Below are positions 1-11,154 of a stretch of 64,000 bases of DNA, one piece after another; positions within the stretch are counted from its first letter, which is position 1, and each line of letters opens with the position of its first letter. The position numbers and the translations under genes were made by a program. The DNA comes from Basidiobolus meristosporus CBS 931.73. Taxonomy: Eukaryota > Fungi > Basidiobolomycota. The stretch is taken from NCBI GenBank assembly GCA_002104905.1, contig MCFE01000053.1, positions 1 through 64,000 of the forward strand, written 5' to 3'. Under the pieces are notes generated by a model, which made no database searches, had not been told where the DNA came from, and worked only from the letters and a program-made list of their open reading frames with translations.

Positions 1-1123
1 CTGCCATTTCGATTCGCTACCCGGCGGCAACACATAGGTTCTCTTCTCATCCATAACTCTTGTACTGTAGATTGATACCTTCTGTGCCCAACGCTCCATA
101 AGTAACAGGCACCAGAATAGTCTACGTCGCTCCTCTTTCTCTATAATACAAGTGGGATTGATAGATAATGTGTCCTGCTTTGCATCCTCTAAAGCCATAT
201 TCAACTCTTGAACAATCCTGAAGAGGTAATGTAGATAAAATTTAGTTGGTATTCGAATACCCAAATGGCTATCTCCTTACTTGGCAGCCATCACTGAAAA
301 TGTACGAGTGTGTTGTTAGCTAACAGAAGTAAATAGTGAACTATCAAACGATCCTACCAAGGCAAGTTGACGCCTGTGAATTTTCACCATCGTAGTACAA
401 CATTGTTGACAGGAAGGTCAAAGCAATAGCATTATAGGTATTTGGCTCCATAAATATTTGCTGCTGTGCCAGCATCAAGGAAGTTTCAGTGAAATTGGCA
501 TTCTTCACGATACTTAGCCACTCTTTTGGTGTGTTTTTATCTACAACGCCTAGTTCATGGTTTTTTATGAAGAATCTGCTCCCAATGGCGAACATCGTTT
601 GTAGTAAAAAATCAGGGAGAACCTGTTTATGTAGGCGGTAGAGGAAATAGTCGTGGTGAAGTATAGGCGCTGAAAAACTGAAATTGTTCCAGAATGTGAG
701 AATCAACTCTATTTGAAGCTTTACGGGAATTTTTGGGAGAGAGATGGAAGGATTTGAGAGAAGCCGCAAGCTATTAATGGATATTCCTTGATTAATCAAG
801 CGCTGCTCCGAGAAGTTAGTGTAAGTATGCTTATTCTTCTTTGATAATTGTTCCTGATCTACAAGAAATTTGGTGGATCTCAGGCCCGACATATATCCCT
901 TGGGAGGGCCTCGCTATTTTAGAGATTAGCGTGGCATTCTTTTGAATCATTTTAAGAGAGAACCTACTTTTCTAGGGTTTTTGTACACGCAATCCGTTGC
1001 ATATTTGACACAAGTTGAACATTTCGGCCTACTCTTGCAACATTTTCTTTTTCTTCGACGACACTCTTCACATGATTGCAACGGTGGTGGTTTGACTTCT
1101 GATCCTCTATCAAAACTGAACAT
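1..1123 (-). CDS. Zn(II)2Cys6 fungal transcription factor with Fungal_trans-like middle region (multi-exon, 3' part runs off the window start)
   Basis: Manual translation from ATG 1123: MFSFDRGSEVKPPPLQSCEECRRRKRKCCKSRPKCSTCVKYATDCVYKNPRK (six-Cys cluster). GT-AG intron 967-914 joins to RGPPKGY and then ORF 344-892 (LILTFWNNF...APILHHDYFL...LLQTMFAIGSRF). Confidence 0.9.
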
Positions 1124-2477
1124 GTCGTGGCTAGATTTGTCGAATTCACCATTTTTTTAATATTACTGGCGATTCTCCTTGATTGATCTTTTTTCATCGG
1201 CAAATACTCCCGTAGCCTTCATTACCTAGCCGTCCAGTTAATTTCTCACGAAATTTGGGGAAAGCACCTGGAGCGGATGAAGCTCACAAAAGGGACCATT
1301 TATACACGTGACACATCCAGGGTATTCGCATCACCATTATCAATAAACTAATCAAGCTAACCAAACCTGTAAATGTCGAATAGAAATAGGGAGAAAAATG
1401 CAGGTTTAGCCTGCGGAATAAAGGATGTGGAAGAACGATTTCTAGCCGATATTCCAAGGTTCAGGGAAATGGGCCGAGAGCCCAGTCATACAAAATAAAC
1501 AAACATAAATACATTGAGCGCCACCCAATCAACAATCTCGTCTAGGCCAGCCAAAGGGATAAGGGATGTAACATACCGTACCAATGTGACTATTTGTGTC
1601 AGACTGGCCCATAAATGGCACCGTCGAGTAGCATATCTGATCATGTCAATCGTGTACAGAAATATTATAGATACGCAGACACTAGCAAATGTTTCTCTCG
1701 GAACAAGTGTCGATCTTTAGCAAGCATCGTTAAACCGAGATGCTGCCCAAGAAACGTGTACATCACACCATTCTTCCTAGACTTCAATACGACCTCGTAG
1801 CCCTTCAACCAATCACACTTTCCACCGCCTCACCCATTATCCGTCCTTCTTTGACCATGCTAGCCACCATTCAGGTATTCACAAGGAAAGTCACGTGATC
1901 TCGCCAATGATATCGCTTCATGATCTGACGACTACCATTGCCATCCAAAACTAGTCATGGAATATATGCGCATTTTACCCGTCTCAAAGTTTCACTAAGT
2001 CTCTGGAACCATAAGGAAAATGCAAGATACGATTATTCATAGTCAATCTTGTATCTGCTCGATTGGTGATTGAATGATTCATATTCCTTGATATTTATCA
2101 GACGCACTCTTCTCGACATATGGATGATTTCTTTTTTTACTACCTTGAAATACGCAAGTCCGATTTCAGCGGAAAATTACATCACCCTGAATGGCGACCG
2201 TCACACCTGAAGGTATGCGATTCGACGCCCCTCCTTTTTCTTATATCAATCTCTTTGTTTTTAAGGCTGATTGATATTTAACGCTCTGAAGCATACCTTT
2301 CAATCGTTTACCTCTCTGTTTATAGTCGATATACATTTTTTGGTGTTGCTCACAATTAGCTTCTTTCTATTTCCCCTTCTTTACTATATCTTTACGAATA
2401 CACAACAGCCGTGAACTCAAAATATCTTCCAATTGCTTTTGTTCGTTTCTGTAGGAAAACGTATACTCCATACCCTT

Positions 2478-3998
2478 ATGGTTTCGCTCTATCCTATCCT
2501 TTCAGCGTGCACCCAACTATGGAACTCCACACTATTCTGGGTGGTTAATCCTCTGCTTAACATCTGCGAAGCTCTTTTAATTGGGGGGCTTCAAGAATCC
2601 GATTTCTTAGCGATATTGAACTTTGCCAACCAGTTGGAACCAGAATCAACGCAACATTTCCGACAAAAGAGATTGCGAAAACCACACTACAAAGCAACCC
2701 TCGTTTCAAGAACTTGTCTCCAGTTCAAAGAAAGTTGCTCCAACGTTGACAACGGGTCCCCACCCTCGCATCCTCAAGTTTCCTTCAGGGACTTGCCCTC
2801 AGAGATCTTGCTTCATATTTTTTCCATGGACGAAAGCCCGATCGTTTTGCGAAATTTAATGCTTGTGAACAAACATACCTATCAGCTCGTACTACCGCTC
2901 CTCTACAAAAATCCAAAGATATATTACAGCAATACACACAAAAGCCTCTTCTTGACACAGTCCGTCTGGAACACGCTTACTCGGCCTATCACATCTAGAT
3001 TCGATTCGAGAGGCCTACCTAAAAACTTCCCACTTGAAAGATACGGGTGGTTGATTCAAAGTATAAACCTGACCGATGGTCAGGAGCTTGTTACCGATGC
3101 CACCATAAAAGCGTTAGCTTGCAATTGCCCCAATCTAAAAAGGATAAATCTCAGCTCTTGCGGTAACATTACCGACGATTCCCTAACAAGCCTACTGGAA
3201 GCATGCTCCCATACTCTTGAATCAGTGAACTTCAACGGATGTAGCCGCATAACCGATTACGGAGTGTCTTTAATAGGCCTGAAGTGTCGCAAAGTCGAAA
3301 GCGTCAATCTTGCAGGATGTCAGGAAATTACCGACACCACCATTCATTCCATCTCTAGGGGCTGCCGTTTCTTAAAGCAACTTCGAATTTCCGACTGTAA
3401 TCTGGTTACCAGCGAATCCATTTATGCTTTGGTTCAGAAATGCCCTCAGCTTCAATGGTTGGACATTGCTCGTATCGGAACTTTGAACAACACGTGCGTC
3501 AGAGCAATTGCTGATACGTGCCACGAGCTTGAATGGATTAATCTTGCCAGGCCTTCCTTTTTTCAGTCACTCTTACCTAATCCAGCCAACAACGCCATTC
3601 TAGTGGAAGAGTCGGACATCAGCGATGACACAATCCATCGCTTGGTTACCAATTGCACACGCCTGCAACTACTTGACATAAGCTATGTGTCTTCCATTAC
3701 GAACTTATCCATCGAGTCGATATCGGATCACGCGTCACAGCTGGTATGTCTCACCATCATCGGATGTCGTCAAATCACCGCCGAAGCCCTAAGGAGTCTA
3801 GCCAAATTGCGTAAACGAACTGGCCGACTAGGGTGCATCACAATGGGCGACTCCCCGAATCTCAGCGAAGAAAACATAGAAGAGATCACCAACGAGCCTG
3901 AAGGGCTGTTAAGTGGATGGCAAAAGAGCGCAGTAGACGAAGGATCCCTCAAAGAGGTACTTGGCGGCATGTCCTGGGACGATGTTGGCTCATGGTAA
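2478..3998 (+). CDS. F-box / leucine-rich repeat (AMN1/FBXL-type) protein
   Basis: F-box FRDLPSEILLHIFS followed by many LxxLxLSxCxxITD repeats. The ORF is open from 2433; first ATG is 2478. Confidence 0.88.
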   Translation: MVSLYPILSACTQLWNSTLFWVVNPLLNICEALLIGGLQESDFLAILNFANQLEPESTQHFRQKRLRKPHYKATLVSRTCLQFKESCSNVDNGSPPSHPQVSFRDLPSEILLHIFSMDESPIVLRNLMLVNKHTYQLVLPLLYKNPKIYYSNTHKSLFLTQSVWNTLTRPITSRFDSRGLPKNFPLERYGWLIQSINLTDGQELVTDATIKALACNCPNLKRINLSSCGNITDDSLTSLLEACSHTLESVNFNGCSRITDYGVSLIGLKCRKVESVNLAGCQEITDTTIHSISRGCRFLKQLRISDCNLVTSESIYALVQKCPQLQWLDIARIGTLNNTCVRAIADTCHELEWINLARPSFFQSLLPNPANNAILVEESDISDDTIHRLVTNCTRLQLLDISYVSSITNLSIESISDHASQLVCLTIIGCRQITAEALRSLAKLRKRTGRLGCITMGDSPNLSEENIEEITNEPEGLLSGWQKSAVDEGSLKEVLGGMSWDDVGSW

Positions 3999-4757
3999 CC
4001 CGGAATCACCCCCCTCCCCAAGTGCAAGGTCACCGGAGTCGAAGATCGCCTCGACCCTACTATCGCATCGATTGTGAATTTCTGTTCCCGATATATATGT
4101 AAATGTGTGTTATTAATTCTCGTGCGTATTCGTACAACGTATATTTTTCTAATTTTCCCGGTCAGCCAACATTCTACGAGAGATACAACAGGAGACGGCT
4201 AGAGATCTCTCCATCACATGTTCCATGTAGCATCCACCTATCCCCTTTCTCCCAACCAGTCTCCGTGTACTTTCTTCCCAACAGACAATAATCTAACCAT
4301 CCACTATATGTATGTGATTCACGAGTGTCGAAACCCCCCCATCAAGCGTACAGGGTCCGCGCAGGATGATATCGACCGAATCCAAGGTTCCACCATCCAC
4401 CAGGGTGGGAATCCCATTCTTGTGCGCCCAAGTATTCCAACCGATTCTGATTAAAATTATTTTTCTACCTCGACCACGTTCTGACCAATGTCACCATCGC
4501 CCGCACCCATTACCTCCCACACAGAGGACCGGGTGGTGCGGTTCAAAGTGGGAGCCAATAAAAAAAATCGAGATTTACTCAGTATCTACTATCTTTTTTC
4601 CCAGTTATTCTCACCATGAGCGTTAGCTCAATACTGATGTCCCTAACTGAAGTAATCATCATAGTAAATTTCGATTGTGATGGCGGATTCGATCTCCGGA
4701 CTTTTAATCAACGGACGACCGCCTAAGACCGTGAAGACATCTACACGATCTACGAAT

Positions 4758-5067
4758 TGTTATGATTTAAATCCTAACTAGTCACTACCGATCACTTGAA
4801 CACTACTGATCGAACACCTGGAATTCCACACAGACGATCAATCGCACTCAGTGATACACACGTTATTTAATACATCTTGAACCCTCCTTTTGGAAGCTTG
4901 CCCTACGTTATCGGAAGCTCTCCCTCCGAGGCTATCTCTATATAAACTCCTTTGAACACTATCAATAAAGCATCAACCTTTTACCGGTTCATCAACTATT
5001 CAGATAACCTCTCTGATTCGTATTGGACATCCTCCGGTCCTCCTCCGCTTGCCCTCGATTCATAACA
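4758..5067 (+). repeat. 5' LTR of element 1
   Basis: Direct repeat of 9826-10135; contains TATATAAA and AATAAA. Confidence 0.97.
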
Positions 5068-5068
5068 T

Positions 5069-5079
5069 TGGTAGCAGCG
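5069..5079 (+). other. Primer binding site, probably initiator tRNA-Met
   Basis: TGGTAGCAGCG 1 nt after the LTR is complementary to a tRNA 3' end CGCUGCUACCA (A1:U72 pair and A73, typical of initiator tRNA-Met). Confidence 0.75.
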
Positions 5080-5120
5080 AACCTCCGATCTCCAAAAAAC
5101 AAAAACCTCCGTACCTCCCA

Positions 5121-5300
5121 GAAACTTTTCCAATCTCTCAGAAACTCTTCCGATCTCCCAGAAACTTTTCCAATCTCTCAGAAACTCTTCCGATCTCCCA
5201 GAAACTTTTCCAATCTCTCAGAAACTCTTCCGATCTCCCAGAAACTCTTCCGATCTCCCAGAAACTCTTCCGATCTCCCAGATATTCTTCCAATTGTCCA
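5121..5300 (+). repeat. 20-bp tandem array in the 5' leader of element 1
   Basis: A=GAAACTTTTCCAATCTCTCA and B=GAAACTCTTCCGATCTCCCA in the order ABABABBB, plus a degenerate ninth unit. Confidence 0.95.
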
Positions 5301-5465
5301 GAGATACCCTCCGTACCTGCCCGAGACCCTCCCAACCTCCCAGAGAAACCCTCCGTTTCACTCAAAAAAAAGAAAAAAAACAGTACCCAGTCAATTCTGC
5401 CAGAGAACCAGCCCCCTTGGTAAACACACCCGCCTACCGCAAATCAAACAATACCCAAAAACAAA

Positions 5466-6437
5466 ATGAGTGAAGAAAAGCCAAAATTTAGCTCTTCAGA
5501 AGAAATGTTGGCCTATATTGAGAGTCTTGAACAACAAGTTGCTGAGTTAGCCGGTCAAGGACAGTCCCACACAACTGAGCCTGCGGCCCTCCCTAGTCTG
5601 GACCCAAGAATGGGTAGGCAGACAGACTTGGACTCTTTACATTTTGTGAACACCCAGAGATCATGGTTTACTGGTCAAGGTATACAGAGAGAGGGTGAAG
5701 CCTCATCTGTAAGACCTGCGGTGCCTCCCAATTCCTTGAATCTTGGAGAAGATGGGCAAGGCTCTCTGGACTTCACAAAACAATATAGAGCAACAAATCT
5801 GAAACTTCAGAAACCCAACATCTTTGAAGGCAAAAGACACACTGCCACTCTAGAGACTTGGATATTTGAAGTAGAGCAGTACCTATACTTCTCAGATGAC
5901 TCTGAAGAAGTCAAAGTACATTATGCCTGTTCACTTTTCAGAAAGGAAGCAACCATGTGGTGGAAACTTCACATTCAAGGAATGAATAGGGGCATCTTTC
6001 CACCCATAGCCTCCTGGGCTGACTTTGTTAAAGCATTGAGAAAGAGGTTTACACCTATCAATGCTGATAGAATGGCAAGAGAAAAACTGTCCAAACTCTT
6101 TCAAGCCAAGTCTGTTCAAGAGTACAATGAGCAGTTTAACTTGCTTAGTATGGAAATTCAAAACATGCCTGATACTGAACTACTTGAGCAATACCTAAGA
6201 GGCCTGAAATCCAACACTAGATGGGAAATTGAATACAAAGACCCCAAAACCCTAGTAGAGGCTATGGAACTGGCAGAAAGATATGATGCCATACACTTCA
6301 GAAGGGCTGTCAACCACAGAATTGGTCACTCAAGAACTACTACAGGCCTCAAAGCCAATAACCACATACCTATTGGTAGTCAACCAATCACTGAACAAGG
6401 TGCACACTACCCCACACACTGGAGCCTATGGACCTAG
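5466..6437 (+). CDS. gag: Gag of element 1
   Basis: Retrotrans_gag-like: KPNIFEG...[11 protein letters not shown]...ATMWW...FVKALRKRF...[14 protein letters not shown]. Confidence 0.9.
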   Translation: MSEEKPKFSSSEEMLAYIESLEQQVAELAGQGQSHTTEPAALPSLDPRMGRQTDLDSLHFVNTQRSWFTGQGIQREGEASSVRPAVPPNSLNLGEDGQGSLDFTKQYRATNLKLQKPNIFEGKRHTATLETWIFEVEQYLYFSDDSEEVKVHYACSLFRKEATMWWKLHIQGMNRGIFPPIASWADFVKALRKRFTPINADRMAREKLSKLFQAKSVQEYNEQFNLLSMEIQNMPDTELLEQYLRGLKSNTRWEIEYKDPKTLVEAMELAERYDAIHFRRAVNHRIGHSRTTTGLKANNHIPIGSQPITEQGAHYPTHWSLWT

Positions 6438-9400
6438 ATGTTATGCAGAGCACACCAAGACCTTCTAAAGAGGAATGCTTCAAGCTTGGACTATGCTTTT
6501 ACTGCAAGGAACAGGGTCATAAAGTCAATGAATGCCCAAAGAGGCCATTACAAAGAGTATTCCAACTCTCCACTAAGGAGGAGGAGCACACAATCAGCCT
6601 TGTTAAGGAGTATCAGAGGACTCAGAGCTTATATACTACCCCAAAGATGCTGAAACTCCCAGGGATTCTCAACAACAACCAATGTGTCTCTGTACTCATT
6701 GACAGTGGAGCAACTGATGTCTACATTTCAAAAGATGTAGCTGATCAGATGAAGCTACAAACAATCCCTTGCCCCCCAATTCACATCCTCTGTGCCACCA
6801 AGGAATCAATTATAGTGAACAGCAGGACTGAACCCTTGACTTTACAAATCAGGGACTTCCAAGACACCATTTCCCCAATTATCATACCCCAAGCCAACTT
6901 TGAAATCAATGTGGGACAAACTTGGCTAAGAAAGCACAATCCTGACATAAACTGGCAGACTCAGGAAGTTGTAATCAACAAGGATGATGCAAAATATCAT
7001 CTGTCACCCAAACCAACCCTGGACAAAGGCAATGCACCAGAACACACCATATCAAAGAAACAGTTTGCCCACTCTATCAGACAGAATCCCAAACTGTTGC
7101 ACATGATAGCCTTTGCCAAAATCCAAGAGACCACAGAAGTGACAAATGACAGGCTCAAGACCTTGTTAGCAGAGTTTCAAGAGGTTTTTCCCAAGGAAAT
7201 CCCTGCACTACCCCCAAGCAGAGAGATTGACCATGCCATAGAAGTAACAGATGATAAACCAAGAAACAGAGCCCCATATAAGTTCTCCCCAAAGGAAATG
7301 GAGACTTTGAAGGAAACATTGAAGGACTACCTGGCTAAAGGCTGGATAAAACCCAGTAAATCACCATGGGGAGCTCCAGTACTCTTTGCTCCAAAGAAGG
7401 ATGGGAAGCTACGGTTCTGTGTGGACTACAGGGCCCTAAATGCAATCACTGTCAGAAATTCCTACCCATTACCAAGAATTGATGCCCTCTTTGACCAACT
7501 GGGGAAGGCAAAGATATTCTCTAAAATAGACCTGGCATCTGGATATCACCAAATCAGAATTAAGCCTGAAGACACCTCTAAGACAGCATTCAACACAAGA
7601 TATGGTCATTATGAGTTTGTTGTGATGAGCTTTGGCCTGACTAATGCCCCAGCAACATTTCAGACACTCATGAATAGCATCCTGGAACCATATTTAGAGA
7701 AATTTGTCCTGGTCTACTTAGATGACATTCTGATCTATAGTACCAGCATGGATGACCACATGAAGCACTTGAAGACAGTACTGGCTATACTAAAAAAGCA
7801 CAAGCTATATGCACAACTTCCTAAGTGTGAATTCCTCACCAGATCAGTTGAATACCTTGGTCACATAATCTCAGATAAAGGACTACACATGGATCCAGCC
7901 AAGATAGATGCTATCCAGAAATGGGAAGCCCCAAAGTCACTCACTGAAATGAGATCCTTCCTGGGACTTGCATCATATTACAGAAGATTCATCAGGGACT
8001 TTGCAACTATTGCAGCCCCCCTTACAGACTTGACCAAAAAAGAGAAAGACTATATATGGACCCCAAACTGTGAGACAGCTTTCCTAACTCTGAAAGAAAA
8101 GCTATGCCAAACCCCTGTGCTTCAGTTGCCTGATTTCTCAGAACCTTTCTGTGTATACACTGATGCTTCAGATCTAGCTGTTGGAGGGGTACTGACTCAA
8201 AAAGAACACCCGGTTGCTTATGAGTCCAAAAAGCTATCAGTAACTGAACAAAACTACCCAGTCCATGAAAAAGAACTCTATGCCATACTACATTGTCTGA
8301 GAGTGTGGAGATGCTACTTGGAGGGCAAACACTTTGTGGTATATACAGATCATGCATCCCTAAGATACATTCACACCCAGAAGCTATTATCCAGAAGAAT
8401 AACTAGATGGATTGAAGAACTACAACAATTTGATTTTAAAATCCACTACCTCCCTGGGCCAAAGAATACAGTTGCTGATGCACTCTCAAGGCAACATATA
8501 TCAATGGTAGATCATGAGTTGGACTGGCCAGAATACATGCCAGAGTACTTGGCAAGTCAGACAATGCCAGAAGATTTATCACAGGAAGTAAGGGTCAAGA
8601 TTAAGAAAGAAGCAGAGAATTTCTCATATGGTGAAGACGAGGTACTTTACAGACACATGGAAGAAATAGGGCCTGTACCATATATTCCATTTGTATACAG
8701 AGGTGACATGATAATCAAGAATCATAAAGCCTTTGGACATCTGGGCATCCAAGGAACTTATGAAATAACTAAAAGGAGAGCCTGGTGGCCTAAACTCAAA
8801 CAATTTATAGCTGAGACCCTCAAGACCTGCCCTGAGTGCCAGCTGGCTAGACCATACAACAAGGAACATGCCCCATTAGAACCACTGACTCCAGTTCCAG
8901 CATTCTACAGATGGGGAATTGACTTCATTGGAATATTGCCTGAAACTTCAAGAGGGAACAAGTGGATCATAACTGCAATTGACCATACCACTAAGTGGTG
9001 TATAGCAAAAGCCATGCCAGCAGCTACTGCAAAAAATGTTGCAAAATTCCTTTACCTGGAAATCTTTATGCAGTTTGGATGCCCAGGTGAAATTCTGTCT
9101 GACAGAGGAGCAAACTTTTTGGAACAAACCTTGAAAGAATACCTTCAGATAATGGGGGTTAGACATTTGAAGACATCAGCATACCACCCTAGAACAAATG
9201 GGGTCACAGAGAGGTTCAATGGACTCTTTGGGAAGATGCTGACTACTTATGTCAAAGGAGCCAAACATAAGTGGGATGAATTTGTACATCAAGCACTCTT
9301 TGCCTGTCGTATTAGAGTCCATTCAGCAACACAAAAGTCCCCCTTCTACCTAGTGTATGGTACACATCCAAGAATCCCAGGTGATACCTTACCACCATAC

Positions 9401-9814
9401 ATCTGGGACTTAAAGAACCAAAAAGACTTGGCAGAATTCAGAACAAGGGAACTGGAAGAATTAGGACATGCAAGACATGATGCCATCAAGAATTTAAAAC
9501 GACAAGCAGAGAAGATGAAAGAACAGTACAACAAAACAGTGGTAACAAAACCCTTAACTTTGGGAAAACTTGTATTAGTCCGAAATGAAAGTAGGCTAAA
9601 ACTAGAACCACATTGGGTTGGACCCTTTATTATCACAAGAGAAATGCCCTTCAATACATTTCAACTCGCAGACATGTCAGGTAAAGTAAAGGAGGACCTA
9701 GTGCATAGAGACCGACTAAAGGAAGCACAGCTAAAAAACCCAATGACACCACCAACCAAATACTGGTATTACAAGTCCGATAGACAGGACTCTTCAGGAG
9801 AAGAACCTCTTTAA
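6428..9814 (+). CDS. pol: Pol of element 1 (CCHC knuckle, protease, RT, RNase H, integrase)
   Basis: [14 protein letters not shown]; LIDSGA; YLDD; TDAS...[10 protein letters not shown]; HKAFGH...CPEC; WGIDF; GPF. Uninterrupted 1128 codons. Confidence 0.96.
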   Translation: MDLDVMQSTPRPSKEECFKLGLCFYCKEQGHKVNECPKRPLQRVFQLSTKEEEHTISLVKEYQRTQSLYTTPKMLKLPGILNNNQCVSVLIDSGATDVYISKDVADQMKLQTIPCPPIHILCATKESIIVNSRTEPLTLQIRDFQDTISPIIIPQANFEINVGQTWLRKHNPDINWQTQEVVINKDDAKYHLSPKPTLDKGNAPEHTISKKQFAHSIRQNPKLLHMIAFAKIQETTEVTNDRLKTLLAEFQEVFPKEIPALPPSREIDHAIEVTDDKPRNRAPYKFSPKEMETLKETLKDYLAKGWIKPSKSPWGAPVLFAPKKDGKLRFCVDYRALNAITVRNSYPLPRIDALFDQLGKAKIFSKIDLASGYHQIRIKPEDTSKTAFNTRYGHYEFVVMSFGLTNAPATFQTLMNSILEPYLEKFVLVYLDDILIYSTSMDDHMKHLKTVLAILKKHKLYAQLPKCEFLTRSVEYLGHIISDKGLHMDPAKIDAIQKWEAPKSLTEMRSFLGLASYYRRFIRDFATIAAPLTDLTKKEKDYIWTPNCETAFLTLKEKLCQTPVLQLPDFSEPFCVYTDASDLAVGGVLTQKEHPVAYESKKLSVTEQNYPVHEKELYAILHCLRVWRCYLEGKHFVVYTDHASLRYIHTQKLLSRRITRWIEELQQFDFKIHYLPGPKNTVADALSRQHISMVDHELDWPEYMPEYLASQTMPEDLSQEVRVKIKKEAENFSYGEDEVLYRHMEEIGPVPYIPFVYRGDMIIKNHKAFGHLGIQGTYEITKRRAWWPKLKQFIAETLKTCPECQLARPYNKEHAPLEPLTPVPAFYRWGIDFIGILPETSRGNKWIITAIDHTTKWCIAKAMPAATAKNVAKFLYLEIFMQFGCPGEILSDRGANFLEQTLKEYLQIMGVRHLKTSAYHPRTNGVTERFNGLFGKMLTTYVKGAKHKWDEFVHQALFACRIRVHSATQKSPFYLVYGTHPRIPGDTLPPYIWDLKNQKDLAEFRTRELEELGHARHDAIKNLKRQAEKMKEQYNKTVVTKPLTLGKLVLVRNESRLKLEPHWVGPFIITREMPFNTFQLADMSGKVKEDLVHRDRLKEAQLKNPMTPPTKYWYYKSDRQDSSGEEPL

Positions 9815-9825
9815 GTGTGGGAGTA

Positions 9826-10135
9826 TGTTATGATTTAAATCCTAACTAGTCACTACCGATCACTTGAACACTACTGATCGAACACCTGGAATTCCACACA
9901 GACGATCAATCGCACTCAGTGATACACACGTTATTTAATACATCTTGAACCCTCCTTTTGGAAGCTTGCCCTACGTTATCGGAAGCTCTCCCTCCGAGGC
10001 TATCTCTATATAAACTCCTTTGAACACTATCAATAAAGCATCAACCTTTTACCGGTTCATCAACTATTCAGATAACCTCTCTGATTCGTATTGGACATCC
10101 TCCGGTCCTCCTCCGCTTGCCCTCGATTCATAACA
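9826..10135 (+). repeat. 3' LTR of element 1
   Basis: Matches 4758-5067; begins 12 nt after the pol stop. Confidence 0.97.
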
Positions 10136-10446
10136 GAATGGAAAGAAAAATGATTAAAATATTGGATTTGAAATCAAGCACGAATAAATTCAATGCCAGT
10201 GTCATGTCTTCTGGGAGCACTGTATGGAAAGTGTTGCAATGGAGATTTGGATACATACGCAGCAGATGCGGAGTATATTATGCGTGTTCAGATCTATGTG
10301 CGGCTTCATTTAGATTGGTCTTGACAAAGAATGTAGGTATTTACAAATTCAAGTCTAAGCGCACAGATAGTTCGAGTAAAAATACATCGGTAATCACCCA
10401 GGATTTGAAGTAGTAGAAATACACGAAAGTACAGTATCATTAGTGG

Positions 10447-11154
10447 TCAGAAATAGTCGGATAACTCGAGATCCCAATTGGATATAGATTCATCCCAGCA
10501 AGACGCCTGATTCTCAAAATCCAATGGTGTTAAAGGCAACTCCTCCAAAAGATTGGGTAACTGTGTATTTGTAGGGAAACACCAGGATTGGGCTCGAATC
10601 TTCTCCACGTGCGAAGTGAATTCTTCCAAGAAAAGCAACCATGTCTGATATTGCTCACAATTCAAAAACAAATCAAAATTGCTGCTTAGAAAGCGCATCT
10701 CTAACTGATTCAACTCCTCTACGGAAATCCCGCTGGCGGTGGACCATGATCGATTGTTGTATGCAACATCCTCGTGGAATTTCATGGCCAACATGAAGGC
10801 GACAGTGACCAGTTGGCATTCGTCGAATAAATCAGACTCTTCGGGATAGCCTTGGCGATAGCGATGAAGGTACATAAGACCAATGATGATGACGGACCAT
10901 GAGAGCTGTGTACGATGTAACAGGAATTGGCAAAATTGTTTGAAATAGAGTGGAGCGAAGCAAGTAAAAGGGACATCGTTCATGTGCCATATGGAATAGC
11001 ACAAGTCGGCAACCACATCAACCATCTCCGTGTAGTCCATGGTGTCATCCGGATTATTGGCGACCTTGATGGTGTTGGGCCATAGTTTGCAGAACGATAA
11101 ATCATCAACCAAGTGGTCAAATAGCGAATTCGGTAATGAGCCTAATGCATCCAT
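10447..11154 (-). CDS. PHO80/PCL-like cyclin
   Basis: Cyclin-box motifs LHRTQLSWSVIIIGLMYLHRY, AFMLAMKFHEDVAYNNRSWS, ELNQLEMRFL. Confidence 0.82.
   Translation of the reverse strand: MDALGSLPNSLFDHLVDDLSFCKLWPNTIKVANNPDDTMDYTEMVDVVADLCYSIWHMNDVPFTCFAPLYFKQFCQFLLHRTQLSWSVIIIGLMYLHRYRQGYPEESDLFDECQLVTVAFMLAMKFHEDVAYNNRSWSTASGISVEELNQLEMRFLSSNFDLFLNCEQYQTWLLFLEEFTSHVEKIRAQSWCFPTNTQLPNLLEELPLTPLDFENQASCWDESISNWDLELSDYF

Larger units (their letters stand above)
4758..10135 (+). mobile_element. Full-length Ty3/Gypsy LTR retrotransposon without chromodomain (element 1)
   Basis: Two 310-bp LTRs with no difference I can see, TG...CA ends with 8-bp inverted termini (TGTTATGA/TCATAACA), 4-bp TSD GAAT (4754-4757, 10136-10139), PBS, gag and PR-RT-RH-IN pol. 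Confidence 0.97.

Noticed and set aside
5023-5469. Repetitive ORFs in the leader of element 1
   Set aside because: They are by-products of the stop-free 20-bp array and cross the LTR/PBS boundary.
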